Shown one piece after another: positions 23,818 to 34,112 of a DNA stretch of 64,000 nt (the stretch's first letter is position 1; each line of letters starts with the position of its first letter). Source of the DNA: Leptogorgia sarmentosa. Its lineage: Eukaryota. The notes under the pieces were generated by a model, which saw nothing but the letters and a program-made list of their open reading frames with translations, was not told the origin of the DNA and made no database searches. The stretch covers positions 23,436,001-23,500,000 of the forward strand of contig OZ210885.1 of NCBI GenBank assembly GCA_964658305.1. Direction: 5' to 3'. Both the position numbers and the translations under genes were made by a program.

Positions 23818-25794
23818 TCAGCCATACACAAGGCGAAATGCCCACAAATCCCAGGGAATTGGTCCGTATTTGACCACGCCAGCTTTACTCGGTCGAAGCA
23901 GGACACCGGTTTCTCCTTGACGGGCGATGCACATAGTATGAACACTGTCAGCGCACAAAATGGGCCACCAATACTTCCGAGGGTATCGATCCGACATGTG
24001 ACGAGACAGCGCATCCGCGGGATTCTGAGTAGTCGGAATATACTTCAAAGAAAGACTGAGATTAAGCCGCACCGTCACCCAAAAGAGCTCTTTCAATGCA
24101 CTCAACATATCCGGGGATCGAGTATACTGACGCTGCCAACAATCAAGAAGTATATGCGAATCTACGTGGACATCAACACGATGATTACGTACCTCATCAG
24201 CCAAGGCTAAAAGTGTATGTGAAAGCGCAACGGACTCCTTAACATGAATAGGCTGTGACAGCGTAGGTTCAGTCCAGGAATCGCGAACTTCCTTAACGAC
24301 ACAACCACGGTCACCCAACAATGTGCCACCCCAGCCAGAACCTGAGGCATCCGATGCAACTGAAATAGTAAGATGCCATTCCTCACGCCAGGTCATATGT
24401 TCTGTCCACTTGTCCAGGAACCGCCAATACAAAATTTCCTCACGCAGTGGACCCTGGATCTTGATAAGCTGGCGAGATCGCATAGCCTTGGTCATGGCAA
24501 TATTCATTGCCCGAGTAAATAATTTTGCGGCAGGAACAACCAAACTGAACGACACGCATTTTCCAATCAGTTTCTGGAGGGAGATAATCGTCACATACTT
24601 CCGGGATAGAATACTTTCCCGAAGAATAGAAAACTTTTGCACTTTATCCGACGGCAAAAGGAAAGCTAACAGCGTAGAGTCACAAGTTCGACCCAAAAAG
24701 ACTAGTCGTTGCACGGGAACAATAATAGATTTTGATAAGTTCAAAAAGTAACCCAATGACGTTAGGACAGAAATTGCAATAAATACAGCCTGGGAAGCAG
24801 AGTCAAAACTACTGGGGACATCGGCCTGCACCAACGCAGTAGGAACAGGCAAACCGTCCTGACGAGGGAACCTCCGTTGGCCGAGATGACGGTCATCAAT
24901 GTACTGGGAGCAGGGTATATGCTGGTGACGCAACTCTTGCGTGGCGACCATGCCCAACGTCTGATATACATAGGGCGAAATTTTCCAACCAAATGGGAGG
25001 ACATTGTTGACAAACCACCAACCTCCCCATTGGAAACCCATGTAGAGACGACTCTTGTCATCCATGAAGACATGATCATATCCGGACTTATCATCCAACT
25101 TCGACTGGTAATGATCCCGGTCAACGTAGCGAGTCAGATCAATCACAGAATCAAGACTGAAAGGCATGTCTTTCATCCACGAATTAAGATAACGCTGATC
25201 TTGGCGCAGTCGAGGTTTCTGTGGTTCAACCGTCACAGGCATGACTAAAAGAGGTGGTGGACATTCCCCCACTCGACCAATTACATCAACCGCCCCGACC
25301 TCAATGCGTTCACAAATAGTGCGTGAAATAAAATCTGTGAACGGTTTGCACGAGACATTGTTCTGAAATATCCTGGGCACCGGAGTATCAGATTGATATG
25401 TAACACCACCAAAATCTCCACGAAAATGAGCCCAGTAGTTTCGAACAGAAACCCGGTTCGTTATCCAACTCATAATTTCGGCGTTGTTGGGTAACGCTGC
25501 AGACAATCGGCCCCACACCTCGGGGTGGTTATGTATTTCATCCGCACGAAATGTGTTAGGGTCACGGACAAGTAACTCACAGGACTTCGCGGGTGAACCA
25601 AGAGACTCATCAGACAGAGGAACTGATGAGTACCCGGCAACTGCTGCCCCAGAACTGGTCGCTGGAAGATGTTTCCATCGAATCTCGCGGGTCTTAAAAC
25701 GCTCAACGGCTGCCAGTGGGGAAAACTCAATTGTAGCGGCAGCTTCCCACTCGGGCACAACGAACGTTTGAAAACGATAACGTTTAACGGGCGG
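23818..25794 (-). CDS. RT + RNase H pol of element B (open frame; MT-like domain mostly deleted)
   Basis: Motifs LDDKSGYDH, LPFGWKISP, YIDD, ASDASG, KES, VDS, NPADALSR. The start given here is the proposed splice acceptor. Confidence 0.9.
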   Translation of the reverse strand, partial: PPVKRYRFQTFVVPEWEAAATIEFSPLAAVERFKTREIRWKHLPATSSGAAVAGYSSVPLSDESLGSPAKSCELLVRDPNTFRADEIHNHPEVWGRLSAALPNNAEIMSWITNRVSVRNYWAHFRGDFGGVTYQSDTPVPRIFQNNVSCKPFTDFISRTICERIEVGAVDVIGRVGECPPPLLVMPVTVEPQKPRLRQDQRYLNSWMKDMPFSLDSVIDLTRYVDRDHYQSKLDDKSGYDHVFMDDKSRLYMGFQWGGWWFVNNVLPFGWKISPYVYQTLGMVATQELRHQHIPCSQYIDDRHLGQRRFPRQDGLPVPTALVQADVPSSFDSASQAVFIAISVLTSLGYFLNLSKSIIVPVQRLVFLGRTCDSTLLAFLLPSDKVQKFSILRESILSRKYVTIISLQKLIGKCVSFSLVVPAAKLFTRAMNIAMTKAMRSRQLIKIQGPLREEILYWRFLDKWTEHMTWREEWHLTISVASDASGSGWGGTLLGDRGCVVKEVRDSWTEPTLSQPIHVKESVALSHTLLALADEVRNHRVDVHVDSHILLDCWQRQYTRSPDMLSALKELFWVTVRLNLSLSLKYIPTTQNPADALSRHMSDRYPRKYWWPILCADSVHTMCIARQGETGVLLRPSKAGVVKYGPIPWDLWAFRLVYG

Positions 25795-26085
25795 CTGAGA
25801 TAGAAAAGAACGGAAGGGGACAAAATAAATCATAACGGCATCTTCCGAATGACCAGAAGGGGGCAACAGTCCCGGCCCAACTGCGAGAGTCGAACACAAA
25901 GAGCTTCAGATAGCCCTGGGAAAGTTATCCCCCGCCAGTCAACGGTAAGAATAGTAACAAACCAGAAAATAGACACAGATAACCCAAATGCAAACGTTTA
26001 TTATATATCCGATTTATGATTCATCCTTTACTAACAACATTATGAACTAACACAACACGAACGTATCACAGCAGTAACCTAGATA

Positions 26086-28978
26086 TCACTTTCTCTGTGG
26101 ACAGTTACGCGCAAAATGGCCTAGACGCCGGCACTGAAAGCAGCGTACTCTCATCTGAGGAGGCTGAGGACAAGGGACCGGGGGATAGGGATTCAGACGG
26201 AGTGGGGGCGGAAGCATAGCACGTGGGGCATTCCTTGGCGCTTTATAGACTTTCACCATCGTCTTAGCCACTTCCTTCTCCACGTCGTCACCCAAGACTT
26301 GGATAACGAAATCGGCCATTTGTGGCGTCATGGGAAGCCGTTTGCAGTTGGCGAGCACAGCGGCATATTTTCGTACATCTTTGTGGGCGGAGCAACGCGC
26401 AACATCTTCCAGATTCTCTAATGCACCCAAAAGGGCATAGGGATCGAACACCGCAATGGGACGCGACGCCAACTGTCTCACCAACAATACCGCCTGGTCA
26501 ACTGACGATACTTGAGCAATATTCTGGAGTTGTTCAAGGCGTTGTTGCATTTCCCGCACGCGATTCTATAACAACATACGACGTGTTAACGCATGTATCT
26601 CATACCCACCGCTACGGTAGGTTAAGTTAGTGGGCAAGTCAAATTCCGCGGGCACGCGTGCCTAGTCAACACAACTCTAACATGACTAGAAACACCTCTG
26701 TCAATACCGTACCCCACTTAAATTAGCAATCTCCCATGCTATAGTTACACATGCTCATATACCAACGAAGTTGGGATTTACCAGAAGCACATGTTTTAAT
26801 AGACCAATTTCACGATATCAGCGAATTCAAGTTCACTCGGTACGCTGGCACAGTCGGAAGCAAGCTAACATTGCCAGAAGCACATGTCTCAATATCACAT
26901 TTAACGATATTAGCAAGTTCAAGTTCACTCCGTCCTCGTGCACAGTCCGACGCAAACTAGCAGTGCCCGACGCACATCTCAAGATCAATTTGACGCTATT
27001 AGCGAATTCAAGTTCGATCGGCCTCGTCACGGTCTGAAGCAATCTAACATTGCCAGAACCACATCTCAAGATCAATTTGACGCTATTAGCCAATTCAAGT
27101 TCAATCGGCCTCGTCACAGTCTGAAGCAATCTAGCATTGCCAGAACGACATCTCAATATCAATTTAACGATATTAGCAAATTCAAGTTCAATCGGCCTCG
27201 TCACGGTCTGAAGCAATCGAACAGTGCCAGAAGCACATCTCAATATGAATTGTACGATATTAGCCAATTCAAGTTCAATCGGTCTCGTCACAGTCTGAAG
27301 CAATCTAACATTGCCAGAACCACATCTCAATATCAATTTAACGATATTAGCAAATTCAAGTTCAATCGGCCTCGTCACGGTCTAAAGCAATCGAACAGTG
27401 CCAGAAGCACGTCTCAATATGAATTTGACGATATTAGCCAATTCAAGTTCAATCGGCCTCGTCACGGTCTGAAGCAATCGAACAGTGCCAGAAGCACATC
27501 TCAATATGAATTTTACGATATTAGCCAATTCAAGTTCAATCGGCCTCGTCACGGTCTGAAGCAATCTAACATTGCCAGAACCACATCTCAATATCAATTG
27601 AACGATATCAGCAAATTCAAGTTCAATCGGCCTCGTCACGGTCTGAAGCAACCGAACAGTGCCAGAAGCACATCTCAATATGAATTTGACGATATTAGCC
27701 AATTCAAGTTCAATCGGCCTCGTCACGGCTTGAAGCAATCTAACATTGCCAGAAGCACCTCTCAATATCAATTTAGCTATATTAGCAAATTCAAGTTCCA
27801 TCGGTACACGTGCCCGGTCTGAAGCAATCTAACATTGCCAGAAGCACATCTCAATATCAATTAAACGATATCAGCCAATTCAAGTTCAATCGGCCTCGTG
27901 CACGGTCTGAAGCAATCGAACATTGCCAGAAGCACATCCCTGAATATACCAATTCAACGATATTAGCGACTTCAAGGTCACTCGGTCCTTGTGCACGGTC
28001 TGAAGCAATCTAACATTGCCAGGCGCACATCTCTCAATATACCAATTTAACGATATTAGCGACTTCAAGGTCACTCGCTCCTCGTGCACGGTCTGAAGCA
28101 ATCTAACATTGCCAGAAGCACATCTCTCAATATACCAATTTAACGATATTAGCGACTTCAAGGTCACTCGGTCCTCGTGCACGGTCTGAAGCAATCGAAC
28201 ATTGCCAGAAGCACATCTCTCAATATACCAATTTACTGATATTAGCGACTTCAAGGTCACTCGGTCCTCGTGCACGGTCTGAAGCAATCGAACATTGCCA
28301 GAAGCACATCTCAATATACCAATTTCCCGATATTAGCGACTTCAAGGTCACTCGGTCCTTGTGCACGGTCTGAAGCAATCGAACATTGCCAGAAGCACAT
28401 GTCTCAATATCAATTTAACGATATGAGCAAATTCACGTTCACTCGGTCCTCATGCACGGTCTGAAACAATCTACCCTTGTCAGAACGCTAATACTGCCCG
28501 GTAAACGCGAAGCTTGGGGAAGCCATTGCTTGGGCGATACACAATTCCCCCGCGAACACCAATTCATACAATAAAGATACGAACTAAGTGAAAACCGCTC
28601 ATGCAACCCATGAGGAGATAAAACCACCCAACTAATATAGCTGCTCAGGCAAACCTACGAAGTTATAGCGCTAGATAGGCGAGAAACCCCACCGAACTGA
28701 AAACCCCAACCAAACAGACGAAACTTGAAACACTGAGACCACACATGAAGAACTTCCACAAACCACCTGGGCTGTGCTAGAAAACCCATCTAGCATGAAA
28801 TAGACAACATAATTACCTCCAAATTCGGTGCCTGTGGCTGGTCCTCTTGAGGAGGATTCGGATTAACGACACCAGGTGGACCCGGCAAGTTGTGAAATAG
28901 CACAGGCTCCTGCCGTGGTATTGGATTAGGTTGATCTTCTTCGTGTCGTTGCGGTGGGCGAACAGGTCGTTGGGCCAT
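26086..28978 (-). CDS. Spliced gag with CCHC knuckle (element B); exon 1 28978-28817, intron 28816-26566, exon 2 26565-26086
   Basis: Exon 1 MAQRP...APNLE (54 codons) ends GAG|GTAATT. The acceptor gttgttatAG|AAT joins in frame to NRVREMQQ...CFQCRRLGHFARNC. Confidence 0.8.
26775..28485. repeat. Tandem array of ~19 units (87-bp then 93-bp variants) inside the gag intron of element B
   Basis: The anchor CACGGTCTGAAGCAATC (or a close variant) recurs at 27028/27115 (period 87) and at 27901/27994/28087 (period 93). Units degrade at both edges. Confidence 0.95.
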
Positions 28979-29729
28979 CTGTTCGGTTTCGTTATCTTCT
29001 TTTTGGGTTTCTTTATATTCTTCTTTATCCAGCACTCCAATACCGTCGTGGCGATCAGCACAAATTATGGCATATAGCACGGGAGACGCGGCATTTTATA
29101 CACGGCAAATCATTATTTATTCATCAACTGCATTACTTATTCGTATTTTAATGCTCAATAATGATCCCTGAGCGTTTTGTCCAATTTGAATAGTTATTAA
29201 TGTTTTCCCTTTGGGGTGCATGGCCTATGGCATTTAGAAATGATACTGGGCTTTGTAATTTTGACAGATGCCACTTAACTTGAGGGTAGGCACATAGGGA
29301 TATGTGTGATAGGCACTTAGATCTTAGAGATGTGTAGCTAGGACTGCATCATAGACTGCGGCCCAGCGTGATGCAAGCTATGTTGCAGCCTAAAGAAGCA
29401 TCAGATTATTCCATTTTCATGTTGCCTTTTATCATGCCTTGTTTGCCACAACTCTCTATTATGCCAAATAGTCTCCCCACATTGAAGATTTTGGCAATTT
29501 GAGTCTGGGTTGCCTACCCTTCCTCCAGGGAGAAAGGAGTAATATGCCTTTCTTGATCTATTAAAAAGGTGTACCTGGTTCGCTTTGTTCACATTCAAGA
29601 TACTGAAGAAGACAGTGAGCAATCCGACAATCATGATAGTGCTCCACTGCTTTCCACCCACATGAAACGCAAATCATCAGATATCGATTTGAGCTGTCAA
29701 CTGACTGGACTTTCAAAATTATAAATCAG

Positions 29730-30110
29730 TTGTCGATGACAATGGATGACCATGCTAGAAAACAAGTACAAATGCATGAGGTAGCAAAGGCAAAAAGATG
29801 TCAAAGAAAGCTCCACAGCAATTTGGTAACACTTTTCATTACAACAAGGTATATTACACACAGTTTGAAGGTCAACATGCTACAATCGAAGAGTTTGTAA
29901 ATGGAGAATTTGTAAAATATGTGAACAACAATGGCCATTGTGTCGTCCCACCGGCCTCGTCATCTCAAGATGACAAAGCAATCTATGAAAAAGCAGAAAC
30001 CTTGGTCCATTACAGTTATCCACTCTCAGATGGAAAGATGATGTTGTCGTTGATTGATATTCAAGGCTGTGGCTATGCATTATGTGACCCGGAAATTGCA
30101 ACAGAAAGTC
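29730..30110 (+). pseudogene. Alpha-kinase (eEF2K/TRPM7-type) domain fragment truncated by Harbinger
   Basis: DHARKQVQMH...IEEFVNGEFVKYVNNNG...LVHYSY...LIDIQGCGYALCDPEIAT. Confidence 0.85.
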
Positions 30111-30509
30111 TAAAGCCTGGTTTTCATATATCGTAATTCATCGGCGATTATCGCCGAATCATCTTCCTGATGTGATACGACGAATTACGAAGGCTGGTTT
30201 TCATATATCGTAATTCATGTCCATAGTTTCTGTGCTTTTTGGCGCGAGTTTTTGATCTTGCAAGATGGCTGCCTTGAATAGAAGGTTATTGCTACAAAAA
30301 AAACTGCTATTGATTATTGCCCTTCTGGTGCAAAGAAAGAAAACAGCTAAAATGGAAAAAATATAAAAGAAAGCGGTTCTGGGTGAGGAAAATCTTTGAA
30401 AGAAGAGAGGAATTAGGACAATTCCACAGTTTAGTCAATAAACTTAATCTTTTCGATCGGGAGTACTATTTCAGGTAATTTATTTATTTACTTTTTTATT
30501 TAAAATTAA

Positions 30510-33480
30510 CCCTCTGGGAGCCAAGACTAGAAAAACTTGAATTAAAAATATAATCTATGGGATTGTGAGTACATTTGAGGCCAGATATCAGATTATGGGG
30601 CCAGTTTCATTTTTTTACACACCCAACTCGGTTTTCCGAACTGTTGCTCAGGAGCAACATTGGCCTTTATAGTACAAAATGGGTCAGAAAATAATTGATA
30701 TAGAAACGCAAAATTTGTTGTGATAACACAGTAATAATTTAATTTAATGGATATATAGGCCCTAATTTGTAACATATTGAATATAGAAAATAGAAAAACA
30801 TGCAAAATACTCTGTCCATCATTAAGGATTTTTAAAGTTTATTTCGTATGATAGGCAGCAAAGCAATTTCTGGCATTTTTGCCACAAACCAAGCACAGGT
30901 AAACGTGGCATTTGGAGCATGTCCAAAAGCTATATCCATTTGGACAGAGTCGACACCGTCCCTTGGTCTCGTGGCTCATTGGCAGGTGGCCAACATTGTC
31001 GAAACAGACATCAGGCTGTGGGCCAGGCTGAACTCGATGGTTCTTCACTGGCGGTGGGGTCCGTAATGACGGACGACCACGGTGTACCTTTCCTTGGCAC
31101 ATGAGGGAGGTTGCAGCTTGTATTTGGAATTCCTTCATTTGAATATACTTGGGTTTTTTGAGGGACTTCGACTCCCGCCGATAATATCAGTCAACCGACT
31201 GATACTCTTATAGCTAAGAAGTTAGCTTTGAGCTTCTCAATCCAAGGCCGCAATTTCCAAACACGATCTAGCTTTTCGTCAGCTGAAATAATGTTGTTGT
31301 CAACAAAATGAAGAGTCCGGTGGATTAGTTGAAATCTATTGCGGGACATCTTCTCAGCAATTTGTGCATACCGCAAATGAGAACTCCAATAGTCATTAAC
31401 CTTAGGGAGTCGAACAATACCCATCAGGTAATAAATACCAAAATAAGTTCGAAGCTCTTCTTTGCTGATGTTAGGACATGACCCCGTCTTTTCAGTGGCA
31501 TACTTATTTGATTCCAGAACTAGATTCTCAATCATGTCATCTGTAATGAACATGTCCACATACAGGGGGTTGCCAAAAAAAAGAGCCCCCTTGTCTCACA
31601 CAGAAATAAACAAGGTTTATACAAGTCATATTCCTTATGTCGTAAAAAAAGGATTGCACAACAAATGAGATGTAGAGAAATAGTCCTATTTCACTCTAAG
31701 AACACAACATTTGGTAAGCAATATGATATCCACAACTTTTGACGATCTGTGGACTGCACCCAAGGATGTTCTAGACAAGTTTATGAACGTATTCATGTTT
31801 GTTATTCTTCCAACCTTGACTCCTCAAATAAGTACTCCTCAATTCGAGATGAACATTTCATATCTAGTCTTCTCTCCTGGCTCCGCAACAAATTCTCAAT
31901 GGGATTGAGGTCTGGGCTTTGTGTTAGCAAAAGAACACTTCAATTTTCAATTAAAATTGATTCCTCAGATAATATTCCACAATACGAATCGTTCCTGGGA
32001 GTCCTTGTCATGCTGCCATATTAAGTTATCTCCATGGTGTAATCGGACTGAAGATTGTTTGAATTAAATTTTTCGGTTTATTTTTGGCAGAGGCGGTGTT
32101 TTAGTCCATGGTGATATTTGGTTACATATATGTGCGCTTTATTAGTGGCTGTGCGATGTCAGCGATATTTGGGCAAACATTCGAGAGTTGATAATCTCTT
32201 AACAGCCTCTCTCATCAAAAGCCTGTCTTCGTGAATCCTTGTCTTGTGCGGTGTTCAAGAACTTGGTATTCATCCAGCACTCTCACTTTCCTTCATACGA
32301 CTTTTTTTGCCCAAGAATAGCTGAGTCTATATTCGTTGCTACTTTCCAAGCACTCGCGTCTAGCACGGGGTGAGTCCAATATTGAAGGTTTCTATCTATC
32401 TTCTTTTTAGCCCTTTCTTCTCATTTGCTTCCTCGGTGGCAACAGTTTCACACTGATTACAGTGAGATCGGCTAAAACCCATCACTTTTAGCACGAACTA
32501 TTTGTTGAATGCTTGTGAGGCAATATACTTTATCCATACCGCATGTGCGTCTACATTTACACAAAAAGCCCTTTTTAAATAGGGGGGGCTCTTTTTTTTT
32601 TGGCAACCCCCTGTACTCAATAGGAATCTGATCCTCTGGTGTTGGTCGTTCTGGTTCTGGTACAAATGGAGGTAGCTGCGGTGGGACAAATGGCTGTTTC
32701 GTTTCAAACTTGTATTCCTCCTTCTTTTTCCCTTTTGATTTCTTTGCTTTTGGTTTATTTGCATTCTGTCTTGTTTTCACAAGATTGGCCAGAGTTACAT
32801 CATCATCACTATCATCACTGTCATCATTGTCAGGACTAGCACTATCACCACCGCCATTACCACTATCAACATTGTCACCACTATCAACATCATCACCACC
32901 CTCATCACCATCAACATCTTCATCCAACTCTGATAGCTCATCATCATTATCTAACTCCCACAAATCATCATCATCATCCAACTCTCCTCCAGAAGACAAC
33001 ACTTCACACTCACTATCTGAACCTGTCACCATATTCAAAATGTCCTCAAGTTGCATCAACTTTTGTCCCTGCCAAGAAAAAATAAGACTCAGTAATAATA
33101 TATTTTAATATCAAATGTCAAAATATAAACAAAATATTGTCATGAAAAGGTTTTTATTTGGCATTGCATTCATAAAATAAAAGAAAATTCATCTAATAAT
33201 CAATGAATAGCATGAGTAACAAATTCCGCATGTGTCATGTGCATGTTGCGCTTAGAGCCCAATGTTGCTTGTGAGCAACACGTGTATTTTGTGGTTTGTT
33301 TTGAAAGCATACTGTTTTTATTTGCCAAGTTTGATTGAATAAATAATTCCTTCAAACACTTATTGTTCATATTTTTGCTTAAATACAAGCAGGGTTATTA
33401 TAAAGTAGAGATTAAGACAAGTTTTTCTTACCTTCTGTGTGTGTCTGTGCGTGCTCGTTGAGGCAGCCATTTTGAAAACT
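30510..33480 (-). mobile_element. Decayed piggyBac in the Harbinger intron
   Basis: TTAA|CCCT end at 30506-30513. Transposase pieces: an acidic N-terminus (32616-33059), FITDDMIENLVLESNKYA...YWS...MSRNRF (31191-31559) and a C-terminal CRLC...CSKCHVYLC...CFAAYH cysteine-rich domain. The DDD core is deleted and the other end was not found. Confidence 0.85.
31563..32613 (-). mobile_element. Tc1/mariner deletion derivative inside piggyBac
   Basis: TA TSDs at 31561-31562 and 32614-32615; TIR CAGGGGGTTGCCAAAAAAAAGAGCCCCC; an SPDLNPIENL remnant at ~31889-31918 (-). Confidence 0.9.
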
Positions 33481-34085
33481 ATTATTTATTATTTATCTAA
33501 GTACTCTCCAATTTGTTAGTAAGTATATAACTTGCTTCACACAGTTCACAGTTTGTTGAATTAATACTTGACTAAATTCTGAACTTTTCTTTCATATTTG
33601 TTTCAAGATTCCTTCGAATGAGTCCTGATCGTTTTGAGAATTTACTGACTTGTGGGTCCCTATATTGTAAAACAACGTTGCAGAAGTCGAGAAACAATCA
33701 CACCAGCTGAACGGCTTACAATAACTTTAAGATATTTAGCATCTGGAGACTCACAGCAGTCGCAATCGTTTAATTTTCGTGTCGGAAGAACAACACTGTG
33801 CAACATAATACGTGGTAACCACCCAGGACACAGGAAGATTGGAAGAAGATAGCAAATGAGTTCTTCACGAAATGGAACTTGTCGAGAAGTAGAACAGACT
33901 GTTTAATATTACACGAAGTTCATGTAACATTCTTATTATTATTATTACTCTGTGGTACAAGACAGTGGGCTCGGAAACGTTCCCTGTACGTTTTAGGGTT
34001 AAAAATTGTAATCGAGTGATTGTTTAGTTTCACCAAATAAAATCAGTACAAAACATTGTCTTTCTCGACCTTTCTCGACATTATT

Positions 34086-34103
34086 TGGTGCCGTGACCAG
34101 GAT
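34086..34103 (+). promoter_or_regulatory. Primer-binding site, tRNA-His type
   Basis: TGGTGCCGTGACCAGGAT lies 5 nt after the 5' LTR. Confidence 0.8.
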
Positions 34104-34112
34104 TATTCGAAT

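Larger units (their letters stand above)
21640..29194 (-). mobile_element. YR retrotransposon B with complete split direct repeats (A1-ORFs-B1-A2-B2; Ngaro/PAT-like)
   Basis: A1 29023-29194 matches A2 21868-22039, and B1 22034-22132 matches B2 21640-21738. AATAGT occurs at both outer ends and at the B1/A2 junction. Gag, RT/RH and YR ORFs are present. Confidence 0.95.

Noticed and set aside
25911..25920. Alternative pol splice acceptor tttcccAG|GGC at 25915
   Set aside because: Out of phase with the pol frame and runs into a stop; the 25794 site has a stronger pyrimidine tract and is in phase.
26833..28314. Repeat-protein ORFs (181, 294, 139 and 142 aa) on both strands
   Set aside because: They are by-products of 87/93-bp periods (multiples of 3), with non-ATG starts and sporadic stops, and lie inside a predicted intron.
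26775..28485. CRISPR-like array next to a reverse transcriptase
   Set aside because: The units are contiguous tandem repeats with no unique spacers, there are no cas genes, and the context is eukaryotic.
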